Below, piece by piece: positions 1-12,240 of a stretch of 64,000 bases of DNA; the first letter of the stretch is position 1; each line of letters opens with the position of its first letter. Under the pieces are notes generated by a model. The model was not told the origin of the DNA and ran no database searches. It saw only the letters and a program-made list of their open reading frames with translations. Made by a program: the position numbers and the translations under genes. The stretch is taken from contig JAVKOQ020000069.1 in assembly GCA_031835245.2 (NCBI GenBank), forward strand, positions 62,001 through 126,000, read 5' to 3'. The stretch is from Balamuthia mandrillaris. Taxonomy: Eukaryota.

Positions 1-728
1 ACAAGCAGCGACTCTTGGGCCTGTTCTGCTCGTTCTGCTCGTTTGTCGCTTTGCTCCTTCTTGATGGCAATGGGCACTTGGAGCCTCGTCTCCGCCTCCC
101 ACACCAAAAAGTGGTATCGCAGCAAGGCGTCGAACCAGTTCTGTGTCTGGTGTTCCGGTTGTTGGGGTTGTTCCGTTGGGGGCGGTTGCTCTCGAGGACG
201 GTACCTCCAAGCGGTAGAGTGCTTGGGGCTCATGGTCGTAGCGCCGCTGCTCCACTGCAACGTGAGCTTATTATTAGCCCCTTGCGAAGATGAGGGCAGG
301 AAGTGGGAGCGCAAGGGAGTGTTGGAGCCTCCGTTGAGCTGACGTTGCAACTCCGCAAGGGCCTCGAGGCCATGCTCGTTCCAGAGGGAGCTGCAGTCGC
401 CCTGGGTCTTTCTCCAGTTGGCGTAGGTTTCCAGCGAGTCCAAAGCGCCTTTGGCGAAGACAACCCCCAACAGCATGTACTTCACGGCCTCGAGCGCTCG
501 CTTCGGCTTTGTTTGCGGTTGTGGTCGGCTCTCCTCTTTGGCAGCAGAACAAAACGAGCGACGGCTCTGCAGTCTCCAACCTTCCACAACCATGCACAAA
601 AGTTCAGCGAGGCGCCACACACGCATAACGCAGGGAGAAGAACCAACAACGAACCATCGCAACCCCTTTGCCGCAGAGACATCACCCTTCCAAGGCGAGG
701 GAAGCCCTTGCAAGAGAGACCACCGCAT
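1..728 (-). CDS. Hypothetical protein, probably mitochondrion-targeted; truncated by the window edge
   Basis: The minus-strand frame MRWSLLQGLPSPW...RLQSRRSFCSAAKEE...YMLLGVVFAKGALDSLE... stays open to base 1. It has an Arg/Ser-rich N-terminus ending RRSFCS and one hydrophobic segment. The ORF track omits it because no stop lies in the window. Confidence 0.5.
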   Translation of the reverse strand, partial: MRWSLLQGLPSPWKGDVSAAKGLRWFVVGSSPCVMRVWRLAELLCMVVEGWRLQSRRSFCSAAKEESRPQPQTKPKRALEAVKYMLLGVVFAKGALDSLETYANWRKTQGDCSSLWNEHGLEALAELQRQLNGGSNTPLRSHFLPSSSQGANNKLTLQWSSGATTMSPKHSTAWRYRPREQPPPTEQPQQPEHQTQNWFDALLRYHFLVWEAETRLQVPIAIKKEQSDKRAERAEQAQESLL

Positions 729-880
729 CCACTTGGCCGCATTTCTCCGAGTTGCAACTTTCTTTCTGTCTTGTGCAGCGGCTGCCTGCTCTTCTTTTGT
801 GACACACCGTGTTTTCTTGGAAAAAGAAAGTCAGAGAGGAGAGCAATGCCTTCTTTTGTAGGTATTGATGGTTGCTTGCT

Positions 881-2254
881 TCAAGCATAAAACTCTTCAA
901 GCTCCTTGGGCACATCGTCCAGGTCTACAATGCGATGCGTGAGCCGAAACGGCTCTCTTCTCATCTGCTCCAACATTCCTTGCTCCAGCTGAGCCACCGC
1001 ATCAGCTCTTTCATCCGTTTGTTTTCTTTCGCGGCAAGCGTCCACCAAGGAGGCCAACATGTCTTGATCCGGCTTCATGCCGTGCGCTCTCATGGTGGCC
1101 AACACTTGCATGCCCTCCTCCACCTTTCCCCAACGAGCACAGGCCCTGAAGACCCGCTGCAACGTCCCTCTTTGAGGCAAACGGCTGTTCTTTGGCTGCG
1201 CGGTCATCTCCTTGAGTGCTGCTAGCGTGTGCTCAAAGTCTCCGTGACTGCTGCAAACGCGAATGAAAGCATCGTAGATGGGGGTATCTAGTTCCAATCC
1301 CGCGTGTCTCATGGCATTCCAAACGCCTAAAGCTCGATCCAACAGAGGGTGAGCATCGCCTTCGTCTTCTTCTTGCGCTTCACAAGCAAGAAGTAACGTG
1401 CGGTAGGTCAGCGAGTCGGGCTCCACTGCCTCCTTCTTCATTCGCTCCAGCATTCCAAAGCTTCGATCCACCACCTCCTTTTGCTTCTTCGTTTTGTTGT
1501 TGAAGACGAGCTCTTGCAAAAGAATGTTGAAGGTGGCTACGTCTGGTTTTAATCCTCGTTGCTTGATCGTGTCAAAGACTTGTTCCTGACGAGCCAAGTC
1601 ACCGTTGGCAGCAGCCAACCTCATCAAGGTGTTGAAAGCCACAAGGTTGGGCTTCACTCCAGCTGCCTCCATTCGTTGCAGGGCCTGAAAGGCTTTGTCA
1701 ACGTCTTTGGCCTCCACGCAGCTATCCAACAGCACAGTGTAGGTCACGATGCCAGGCTTCACTCCTTCAGCTTGTAACAGGTCTAACACCCCGAATGCTT
1801 GGTCCAAGTATTGTTGCTCGCTTCGTTCTACTTCGTTCGTTTTGTTGCTGCTTGAAGAAGAAGAAGAAGAAGAAGAAGAAGAAGAAGAAGAACAAGAAGA
1901 ACAAGAACAAGAAGAACAAGAATCAGGGGAAGAAGATCTGCCACAAGCCCGAATGAGATGGAGAAAGGTGAGCATGTCGGGCTTGACGCCAAGTTCCTTG
2001 CGTTGGTGGTAGAGAGCGAACATGTCGGCGACTTGTCTCTTCTCAGCAAGGAGGCAAAGCTCTTCGTTCATTCGTTGTGTTTGCTTGCGAATCTGGAAAG
2101 GGTTCCGTTCCTCCATTTTCTTCACTCGTTTTGTCTTGAGGCCGGTCGTAGAAGGTGCAGAGGTAGCGGTGGAATAGAGAAAAGGAGTGGATTCATGAAA
2201 GTGAGGGCGAAACGAAGAGGTGAAGACGAGGAAACGATGAGGGTGCTTCCACAA
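881..2254 (-). CDS. Pentatricopeptide repeat (PPR) protein, likely mitochondrial; extra 5' exon(s) probably lie upstream to about 2550
   Basis: Tandem 35-aa PPR motifs (GVKPGIVTYTVLLDSC, GVKPNLVAFNTLM, GLKPDVATFNILL, AVEPDSLTYRTLL, GMKPDQDMLASLV). The ORF start is non-ATG and follows a pyrimidine tract and AG acceptor. Confidence 0.9.
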   Translation of the reverse strand: MWKHPHRFLVFTSSFRPHFHESTPFLYSTATSAPSTTGLKTKRVKKMEERNPFQIRKQTQRMNEELCLLAEKRQVADMFALYHQRKELGVKPDMLTFLHLIRACGRSSSPDSCSSCSCSSCSSSSSSSSSSSSSSSNKTNEVERSEQQYLDQAFGVLDLLQAEGVKPGIVTYTVLLDSCVEAKDVDKAFQALQRMEAAGVKPNLVAFNTLMRLAAANGDLARQEQVFDTIKQRGLKPDVATFNILLQELVFNNKTKKQKEVVDRSFGMLERMKKEAVEPDSLTYRTLLLACEAQEEDEGDAHPLLDRALGVWNAMRHAGLELDTPIYDAFIRVCSSHGDFEHTLAALKEMTAQPKNSRLPQRGTLQRVFRACARWGKVEEGMQVLATMRAHGMKPDQDMLASLVDACRERKQTDERADAVAQLEQGMLEQMRREPFRLTHRIVDLDDVPKELEEFYA

Positions 2255-2730
2255 CGTTGCTTATGAAAAAGAAGAAGCAAGAAGAAGAAGAAGAAGAAGA
2301 AGAAGAAGAAGAAGAAGAACAAGAAGAAGAAGTGAGAACAGAACTGTAGAAGGAGAAAAGAAGAGGAGAAGCTAGCGTACTTGCGAAGGAAGGTTGTGAG
2401 ATCGTTGAACTGAATGTGAAACTAAGGGCATTACAGTTAGTTACAGCGAAAGCTCTTTAACAAAAATAACGTTACCTCGCTGGAAAGCTGCCAGGTGACG
2501 GCGCACCGCCAGGAACGACGGCAAGCGACGAGAAACACTTCCTCATCTCTTTTATTTGTCTTGTGGGAATGTGCTTTTCGCGTCGACATGAAGTGTATTC
2601 CTCTCTCTCTCTTTCCATTCTCTCTCTCCCTCTCCCTCTCTCCCCCTCTCTCGCGTTCCATTCTCTCTCTCTCTCTCTCTCTCTCTTTCCATTCTCTCTC
2701 TCTCCCTCTCTCTCTCCCTCTCTCGCGTTA

Positions 2731-2769
<39 letters not shown>

Positions 2770-3311
2770 TCTATCTTCAACTTCTTCTGGCTGTTTTGTT
2801 TCGTAGATTTCTTCTATAGCCTTGGGGAAAGGAAAACAAAACGACAGGCGCGTTTTCATTGAAGGGTTTTGGTGGAGGTGTGTCAGAACTGAGATTCTGG
2901 CCTCCAGGACGAGAGAGGAGGATGAAGATGTAGCAGGAGGTGATTTGAATGGGATGCTGTGGGCAAAGACAAGAGAGAGCTAAAGAATGTCCTGCAAGAT
3001 GTTGCGGTTGATAAGGCATATTTTCCTGCTCACTCTGCTCTCAGCAGGGGTCAGGGCTCCCGACGAACCGGCCCCATGGGGTGGTGGGAGTCGAACCGAC
3101 GCCCCGTTCGAGACCAAATCGGAGGGGATCCTCAAAAAGGATATACCCGATCGAGCAACTGTTGCGAAAGCAAAAGCTTTTCAAAAAAAAAAAACTAGAG
3201 GGCTAAGTCAAAGAGGAACAACCGGCGCCACCCTTGACCAGAAAACCCCAAAGAGGTCGCACTGAGTGGCCGCTGTTTCCTCAGGATGCTCTTCGCAGAT
3301 TCACAGCAATA

Positions 3312-5712
3312 ATGATAGTCGCAAAGATAAGTAGAAGCACCCTTTTGACCTGTGGGCTTGCGGTGTTTGTGCTCTCTCAGGTCTTCTTTTTGGGGAGCCT
3401 CTTCACCACAGAGGAGGTCAAAGAGAGACAAGCTTCCGGCTTTGTGCAAACCAAATTCGTTCCTGTCTTGCCCATTGAGGGGCGGCTGCCTTCACCTCTT
3501 GCTACCCTCTCCGAAACCAACGAACCTTCAACGAAACAACCCCCTTCTCCTCCTATATTCATCTCCCCTTCTCCAACAGAAACCAGACGACCTGCTTCTT
3601 CGGCTTTGCTGCCCCCTCCTTCACTCTCTCACTCCCTAAACACAAGAGAGAGTCCTCCTCTCTCTCCATCCATGATCCGAAACGAAAACGATCCCCTCTC
3701 TCCTTCCAACCCTCCTTCTTCTCCATCATCTTCTTCTCTTTCTTCTTCGCCGTCAATAAAAACAACACCGGCACGAGCTCCCCCTCGCTTCAGCTCGGTA
3801 TCCAACTACCAAAGGCCAGCTCCCTCGAGTCCTGCTGCCTTCCGCCCCCCTGCACAGCCACAAAGCCAACCCACGCAAACTCCCTCCAAACCCTCCCCAA
3901 CAAGAACAACGGCCGAGAAGAACCACATCGTCGCGCGACCCCTCCCGCCGCCCGTTTCAGCCAGAGGCCCAGCCTCCACAGCCGCTCAACTGCCGCCGGT
4001 CACATCGTGGTACGAGTGGAGAGGGGACCCGCTCAACCCCAACCCAAGAGGCAAGGCCTGCACGGCCCAGCATTGCAAGGTCATTGCCTCTGGGTACACT
4101 CGCTCCAGCAGTACTTGGCAGGTTGCGTTTTTTTTTTTTTGTTCACTGTCTTCTCAAAAACAAAACAAAAGAAAAGCTGTATTTACTCACCGATACCGTT
4201 ACTTTTTGCACAGTTTAACGTGTTGAAGCTGTTGGTCCAAAGGGCAACGGGCCTTCCGGAGGACCAGGTGGCCTCCAACCACGGCCATGAGATCCGCAGA
4301 GCCAAGCAGCTGCTGGACGGCAATCCGGTGGCCGTTGCAAAGATTCATGAGTACTTTGATCCGTTGGAGCTGGCGGGCAACGCGGAGGGAAACGCCGTCT
4401 TTGTGTTCACCTCGATTAGAGATCCCAGAGACTCGGCCGCTTCTTGTCATCGCTTGATGGCCAAAGGTTGTCCTTTGTTGTGTTCTTCTTGCTTCTCTCT
4501 TCCTGCTTCCCTGACTTCTTCTTTCGCTTGGCGATGATCAGGAACGAAGCTGTTCGCGGGATCGTCCTCGTGCGAGAAACTTGTTCAAGAGTACTTTCAA
4601 TGGTATCAGCAATGGCTGCGCTTCTCCGACTACGACCTGTCCTACGTCGCCTCCGTTCATAACCCTGTTCAAGAAATACAAAACATGGCTCAAGTCAGTT
4701 TCTTTGTTTTTTGCCTTCGTTTTTTTTCCTCATTTGTAACAACCATAATTCAAAAAAGGTATTGGGGATAACGGACCTCACACGAGAAGACTTTGAAACG
4801 ATCCACCGGCAAGTGCTCTCATCCTACAAGAGCAAAGAGGGCAAAGCCGGTCCGGTTGCCAAATGGGATCCACAAACGGGTTTCAACACGAACCACATCA
4901 CGGACAGCGAGGGTGGCATAGGCTCCTTCCTCGAAGTTCTTCCAAAGGAGAGCATCCAAGTGCTTAACCATCACTTTGGGGAGTGGTTGTGCGTCTTTGG
5001 CTTTGCTCGTTGTAAAAAAGTGGAAGAAGGGGAAGAAGTGATTGTGGTGGAGGATTACGTGGAGAAGACAGCGAACGATGTGCCGTATTTCGGATTTCGT
5101 CCGACAGTTCCATTCGGAGGAAGATATGAAAAGGACAAGAGGTGCGATGGAACAGGCTGCAAAGTGGTGGTGATGGATAACTCGTTGCAACGTTCTTCTG
5201 CTGCGATATGGCAAATGGAGGCGGTTCGTTGGTTGATGAGCAAAGCTGTTACTTCTACACCAGAAGACATCCTCGTTGCTGAAACGCATGACCTTTTCGC
5301 CATCTTCCAACTTGTCCCTCACTCTCACTTTCTCGTTCACTTCGTCCAACAGTCAGCACCACAACAACAAAGAGCGGAAGAGGAGGAGATGGAGATTTTT
5401 CTTCGTCATGCTTCTTCTCCTTCGTCTCTGTCACACTTCTTCTTCACTTCACAAAGAGATCCAAGAGATGTAGTGGCGGATTGCAGTGGTGCTTGTCTGG
5501 AGGAAGCTTCACTAGTGGTGGAACGGCATCGAGAGTGGGTCTCCGCTCTTGCTGATCACGACACGCGTTTGGAGCGATGTCTTCGGGAGCCGGTGACAGA
5601 GCTAAGGGAAATGAGGGACACACTTGGCTTGTCGGAGGCGCAAGTGTCGGAGATGGAGTTGGAAGCGTTGGCAGAGTATTTGGATGGGTTGACGTTGTTT
5701 GAGACAGAATGA
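3312..5712 (+). CDS. Type II membrane (Golgi-type) protein with a Pro/Ser stem and two tandem sulfotransferase-like P-loop domains; 4 exons
   Basis: N-terminal signal anchor LLTCGLAVFVLSQVFFLGSLF. 5'-PSB-like SGYTRSSSTWQFN and 3'-PB-like TSIRDPRDSAAS motifs, plus a degenerate second copy (LQRSSAAIWQ, SQRDPRDVVA). Introns near 4122-4213, 4468-4541 and 4694-4759 keep the frame. Confidence 0.65.
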
Positions 5713-5817
5713 AACTGTTTTTTTTTTTTTTTTGGGCTTTTTCTCTTTGCTTCGTCTCTCTTGTTTCTTCCTTCTTTATTTTCTTATTCTTCGTGCTTCT
5801 TCTTCATGCTGATCATT

Positions 5818-8270
5818 TTAACAAGCAAAGTATTGGTAAATGGCAGTGCTGAGCTTTGGTCCGATCCTCTTGCGACGAACAACACCGTTGATAGCAGCAT
5901 CCTCAGCAACAACTGGCAAATCCGCCAATAACAATGCTTTCCGTTGTTCCAATGAAAGATTCTGTAGCTTTTTCTTTCTTCCTCTCTTCTTCTTTTCCTG
6001 CGTTCCATTTCCTTTTTCCATGCTCTGCTCTTCTTCTTTTGTTGTGTCTTCGATTTCTTTTTGCTTTTCTTCTCCCTCTTCTTGTTGTTGTTGTAGTCGT
6101 TCTTCTTCATCTCGGAGATACTCCATTTCGACCGCATTATAAGCAGCAACAAGAAAAAACGGCGTTGGGTACTGTCTCACGATGGCTTTCGCTTTGCTCT
6201 CTGAACATCTGTGAATCTGCATCAGTTGCTGCTTCCAAGTGTAACTGATGGAATCACTGCCTTTCTTCAGGCGTGAGTTGAACTCGTCAAAGAGCATCCA
6301 TCGAGTAGGCAGCTCTTCCTCCAGTTCGTACAGTGGAATAACAGCTGGAGATGAAGTGCTCTTTTTTCTCTTTTCTCCTCCTCTGTTGTTGTTGCAATTA
6401 CTCTTTCGCTTTCTGCCGTTGTAGTTGCTTCGCCCAGTATCTTCGTTATTTTTGTTGCTGTCTTCGCTGTTGCGGTTGTTCCTCGCTTCCTCTTCTGCTT
6501 CTGCTTCATCTTCCGTTTCTCCATTACTTTGAAGAAGTTGTGATGGTGGTTGAGAGAAACCACTTTCCAACTGGAATGTGTTGGAAAGAGAAGAAGAAGG
6601 AGGAGGAGAAGAACAAAATATGCCCCGACGCCGATAAAAATGGGTAATCTCCTCAGTCATTGTCTTGAGGTACCATACAGTGTCGTCCGTTGTGTTCGTG
6701 TGAACAAAAAATAAGTTTGGCCGATGGAAACGAAGACAATCGCAAACGCTTTCGAACAGCTCTTCAGTCAACAAGCAGTGATTCGCGTTGATGCCCTCAA
6801 CAAGGGTCACCACGTTCATTTTAGAGCGCAACAGTCGTTCTTGTTGCTCCGAGAAGCGACCACTCTCCATGGAAGAAGCCAAATCGGTGACTGATTTGCG
6901 TTCAATGATCCAATCTAGAACCAGTTCTTCTTTCTTCACTTCTTTCCATTCCTCAGTTCCTCCACTTCTTCTTTTTCTCAGTCTGCCTCTTCTTCGGTTG
7001 GTGGTTGCTGGTAGTTCTTGTGATTGAGTCTCATCGTTCCAAAGAGATGAAGAAGTTTCGCTTTCACTCAACAACGAATGGCTTGTTGTAACGGAAAAAG
7101 GCTTTTGGCTTTCTTGTCCTCTATCCCATTGTCGTTTACGTTCCATTTCGTAATATGAATCCTTTTCGCGCATAATCCAGAGAAAGTCGCCAGCCGCAAG
7201 AGCTCGTTCCTCGCAAGCAAGACCTGCTCTGTGCATGCATTGTAGGACTGGCAGTCGAACTTCGGTTGGCTCTCGAGTGTCCACCAACAACACCACTTCA
7301 AAGTCTTTGTTGATCTCTTCGCCGGAAATGACGCGGTTGAATACTCTGGAATAGGGTATGTTGTTGTTGTTGTTGTTGTTTGTAGGAAGAACATTTGTGC
7401 TGTAAGGTGTAGGAGAAGGTTCTGCCGGTTCTTCTTCGTCATTCCCTGCTTTTTCTTCTTCTTCCACTTCATGCGATTGGTTTAGGTTTTCTGTTTGTGC
7501 TGTTGGTAGGTAATCTTGTTGCTGTCTATCTACAACCGTTTGTTGGACTGCTTCTGTTGTTTGTTGTGATGGTTGTTGTTTGTGTTGCTCTAGTTCTTGA
7601 TGATTTTCTGGTAGTCTCTCTTCTTCTTCTATGGAGGAAGTCTCTTCTGTCTTGTACTCCGCTTGTGATACGGTCGTATCGTCATTCATTACCGTTAAAT
7701 TCGTTTCTTGGTTTGTGTTGTCTTCTATCACTTCATCAGATTGTTGGCCGAGTGTCGTTTCGGGTTCCGTCGCCATTGTCGAAAGTATTTCCTTGTTCGT
7801 CTGTTGCATATTTGTCTCTTGTTCTTCCAATTGCATTGGCGTAGTTGTTGCGCTTTGTTGTTGCAACTTAGAAGTAGAAATAGGAAGAAGAGAAAAGGGT
7901 TGAGTTGCTTCGACGTTTTCTTCTTGTGGAACGCTCCATTCAAATTCTGAAGCTTGGCTAGTTTCAAGAGATAGTCGCAAAGCCTCTCTCAGAGAAGCTT
8001 CTTCTTCATCCTCCTCTTGTTTTAACTTTAGCGCTTCTTGCTGTGATAGCTCCAACGCCTTTTGCAAAGCCAACTGATCGGTATCTATTTCCCCTTCTTC
8101 GGCCTTTATCGGTGCTGTTGTTTCGTTGTTGATTGTCCCAGAAGTTATTTCGCGCTCCTCTGGTTGTGAGGGTTGTCTTGACGGTGAACTAGTTTCGTAT
8201 TGAGAGCTCGACGTCGGGGTTAAACTAGTCAAGATGCGGAAAATGTGAGCCAAGAAACATCAGAGAGAAG

Positions 8271-8315
<45 letters not shown>

Positions 8316-11314
8316 AAAACAAGAATAAGAATAACTACCCAGTAGGAAGTGAATAGGCTCGTTGTAGAACATCTGGCTTTTTGCTTATAATTTCCGTGGA
8401 AACACTTTCTGTAGATCGAGACAACAAACTAGAGGATGTAGACGTGGATGGACTGTTCGTGCGGCTCTTCGGTGAATTCAAAGAAATATTTGATGACGAC
8501 GTTAACGTCGAAGATAGCGAAGTTGAAACTAAAGCAGTCGAAGAAGATGAATAAGATTGTGGTGATAATGATGGTGAGGGAGCAGTAGAAGCAGAAGTAG
8601 GAGAAGAGGCAGGAGGATGGAGAGAGGGATCCAAAGAGCAACCTTCTTGCCAAAGTTGCTCGGCAAGCGCTATGCCAGAAGGAGAAAGGCTGTATCGCTG
8701 GTCGGGAGACTTGATTACAAGCCCCTTTAGCACGAGAACTGTATCCATCGAAGTCCACGCTGTATACCACTTGCGAGAATCATGGCAGTGACCTTTTTCC
8801 TGCAAACAAAAAAAAAATACTTAAGAAATTTGAAATAACGAAAATGAGAGAAGAAAGAAAAAACAAACCCTTTCCCAAGGAGAATCCGTGAAAGGCCGGG
8901 CCAGATCTATAATCTCGTTCTTTGCCATGGAGTCGGGTTCGCTGAGTTGAAGCTGGTGACCCTTTTTCAAGATGAGAGCCTGATACATTGCCAGCATGAT
9001 AGCATAAGGACCGGACCGGTATCTTGGGATGTAGGGTCTTGGACTTCTGTTCTGTTTTCTTGTTGGTGGTGGAGGAGACGAAGCAGAAGAAGCAAGTGAA
9101 GACGACGAGGTAGATGAAGGAAAAGGAGGACCAGGAAGAACGGGTGCACCTAAAGCACCATTGATTCCAGAAGAAGGTGTAAGATATGAAGGAAGCGGAG
9201 AACCAGATGGAGACGAAGGTATAGTAGAAGCAGAAGTAGGAGGAGACGGCAAATTGGCAAGATCTTCGGGCTTCCATCCTGCCCGCCGCAACAAAGCCGG
9301 AGTAACGTTACTCAAAACGAGATGTCCGTACTGAGCTGCCAACGCGCGTGGAGCTTTCTTTGGGCCGTAGACACAGCTGAGGAAACCGCATACGATGTGT
9401 TTACACCACCCGCGGATTGCGTGGCGAAGGCCAGAGCCTGACTTGGCAAAAGCGGGACAGGTGCAGTGCGATGACTTGAGAAGTTGGTCTCGCCAAGCTA
9501 ATTGAACTGTGTATATCTGTTTGCCAGTTCCTGATTTTATAAAGAAAATACAGAACATTGAAAAATTGCGCTTTAAGTGAGAAAGAGCAGACAAACAGAG
9601 AAGAGTGAAAAAAAAAAGAGAAAACCACAAACCATATACAGTGACTGTGGTTTTATCAGGACCCTCCCATTTGTGCTGGATGGCACCAACGATGTAGTAC
9701 GCAAGGCCGCGATTGAGAGAATCCACGTCACAGTGCAAGTGCAAGTACTGAGGGAGCATCACCGGATTAGGAGAGTCCCCAGTTCCAATAGCCAAACCGC
9801 CAAATGAGGGCGATGCAGCTGCCGTGCCGAAAGCAGAAGCCGTTAAGCTCCCTAAATCTCCAACAAATGTTGGCGTCTCCAAGCAGCCTGTTGTTGGACA
9901 AGTACCAATCAAAACGTTAACATAGCAATGAACATTAGAGATGATAGGGCCAAAGAAGGAAGAAGGAAGAAGAGGTGAGCAGATTAACAAAAAAAAAATA
10001 CCTCTAATGGTTCTGGGTTGAAACTCAGACGTTTCTTCATCTGTGAAAATTAACGTGCGGGCAGCAGAAGTGGAAGCACGTTGATTTGTAGCACCAGTGG
10101 CGGCAATACTGGGAGAATGAGGATCTGCAGTCTCAGCGACACTTGTACTGCTAGTAGTCCTTCCCAAAGTTGGAGGACAAGAATGAAATTCTGTTTTTGG
10201 TTTGACTGTTTTCCAAGTAGTTACCGAAGAAGGAGGGGATCCTCTTCGAGGAGACTTGGGATCACCATTTCGTCGTGGAGGAGAAGCAAAAGCAGTTGAT
10301 TCCATTGACGAGGAAACAGGCGGTAAAGGAGAAATAGCAGCATAAGAAGAAACGGAAGGTAAAGCAGATGGTGATGAGGTAATCAACCGAGTTGGCGATG
10401 GTTGTGGTGGAGTTACAATGGCTGGTGTAAAGCCAGGAGAGAGTGGAGTACCGGCAGAAGGAGGCTCGGAAGAAGATAGAGCTCGAATGTGACGTAATAG
10501 AAGCTTTTGATGGCCGGGGAGAATTATACCAATACGTTCCAGGTCTGTCTCGCTTTCGATGCAACAAATGGCGTCTATTCGGTCATAACCCGACTTTATA
10601 AAGTTGGGAAGGTATTGAGGAAGGCCGATTGTCAATTGTAGCCATTGTTCCACACTTACTTGTGATATTAGTTGAGGTTGAATTTGAGTGGAAGGTGTTG
10701 GTTGAGACGAAGGTGAAGGAGGTGTGATGGAGGGAGAGGGCGTGAAGGAAGAAGAACGAGGAGGAGGAGTAGAGGCAGGTGGGGATGGAGCTCTTTCGTT
10801 GTGCATCGTTGGCGCTGCTTCCTCTTCTTCGTCTTCTTCGAGAGTGAGATCAAGTACCGAGGTGGCACGTTCTTGCTTGACCTGGGAAGCAAAAGGAGAA
10901 GTAGAAGTGGAAGTAGAAGAAGAAAAAGAAGGAGGAGGAGGCAATGATGGAGAAGGAGGTAGAGGAGAAGCAGTAGCAGAGGAAGGAGAGGAGTTAGCGG
11001 CAGCAAGTAACTGCAAAGCTGCTATTTCACGAAGCCCCAGCTCGATCTCGTCCTTGACAAACTTGCCCACGCCAGGCAGGAGCAGAGCCTCCTCCCCGCT
11101 ACTGATTGGCCAGTTGGCCGCTTCGATGACAGGAAGTACCTCGTAAGTAGCAAATAAAAATACAAACAACTATAAGGATGTTTCTATCAAAGACGAAAAC
11201 CAAAGAGATGGTTACCCGTTCCAAAGCTGCAACGGCACGAACGAGACCACGTGCACGATAGCCAACAACGCGTTCCTTAAGGAACAGAATGAGTGCTTTG
11301 TTCTCTTCGTTCAT
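5818..11314 (-). CDS. MUS81: Crossover-junction endonuclease MUS81-like (HhH, SAM, SWIM, winged helix, UIMs, ERCC4, HhH2); multi-exon
   Basis: ERCC4 motifs LLVDTRE, LAAGDFLW, IIERKSVTDLASSMESGRFSEQQERL. N-terminal HhH ALLLPGVGKFV. Winged-helix start PYIPRYRSGPYAIMLAMY and end YTAWTSMDTVLVLKGLV. C-terminal KRIGPKLSTAIY. Confidence 0.9.
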
Positions 11315-11670
11315 GGTGTGTTTTTCGTGTTGTTTTTTTGTGATGATGCTCTTTGTGCTGAAAAGAACCGTATCGCTTCGCTCTTCTTCTGTTCTATTTG
11401 CAAAGCTCTACTCTCTCATTCCTCTTTTTGCTTTTTCTTTGCGTCTCGTTTTCGAGCCTAACGCAAACAACTTCTTTTCCTTCTCTCTTCACTAATAAAA
11501 AACGCCGACGTTCCTACTCTCCTTCTTCTTCCAACTAACCGTTTTCTTTGCTCCTTCGTTTCAAAACACACGTCACAATCTTCTATTTTAAGAAAAACAT
11601 GATGTCACTCGAAGGTAAATTTAATGGATATTTCGATAAGAACCTTTCCGCCCTTTTTGTTAACCCACAG

Positions 11671-12240
11671 CTATCCGCTGCTCTCTTCGCGTTCGGTAGG
11701 GAGCGAGCCCCGTCTTTGTCGTCGCTCCAGATGAAGGGAATGGAGTAAGGCGTTGATCTCCGCGTAGGGACTGCTGCTGTGCTCCGCTTCGCCTTGCGAA
11801 CTGCTGGTGCTGGTGCTGGTGCTGTTGGTGCTTGACCCTACTTTTGCTTCTTCTCTCCGCTGGAGGGCGTCGGCCGGGGAAGAAGTGGTGCTTTCTTGAC
11901 TGGCTTCGCTTTCTGTGCCCTTTTCTTCTTCCTCTTCCTCCCCGTTTTCCTTTTCTTTTCTCCTCAAAGTTTTTTCAACTGCAAAATGGGGACGCCTTTC
12001 GCCGGCTGGGTGCGGTGAAGCACGCCGCCTTTTCTTTCTATTCGTTGGCACTGCCGCCGTTTGTTCTGTCGTTACCGCATCTACCTTCTTCTTCTGCTGT
12101 CCCGCTTCTTCTTCCGTGTCCCTTCGCTTACGTTTCTTCTTCCGGCGAAGGTGTTCCGGTCCACGTCCTACAAGTACGGACGAGGGAAGATCCGGTTGCA
12201 GATCGCTTTGGTTATCCCCCTCAAACTCGTTGCCTGCCAT
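11671..12240 (-). CDS. Small disordered nuclear protein with basic NLSs and a C-terminal helix resembling FAM104/VCF
   Basis: Intronless ATG ORF of 189 aa with RRKKKRKRR and RKKRRR and the C-terminal YAEINALLHSLHLERRQRR. Confidence 0.6.
   Translation of the reverse strand: MAGNEFEGDNQSDLQPDLPSSVLVGRGPEHLRRKKKRKRRDTEEEAGQQKKKVDAVTTEQTAAVPTNRKKRRRASPHPAGERRPHFAVEKTLRRKEKENGEEEEEEKGTESEASQESTTSSPADALQRREEAKVGSSTNSTSTSTSSSQGEAEHSSSPYAEINALLHSLHLERRQRRGSLPTEREESSG

Noticed and set aside
3060..3150. Possible tRNA on the minus strand
   Set aside because: Only a T-loop-like motif is present. There is no matching acceptor, D or anticodon arm.
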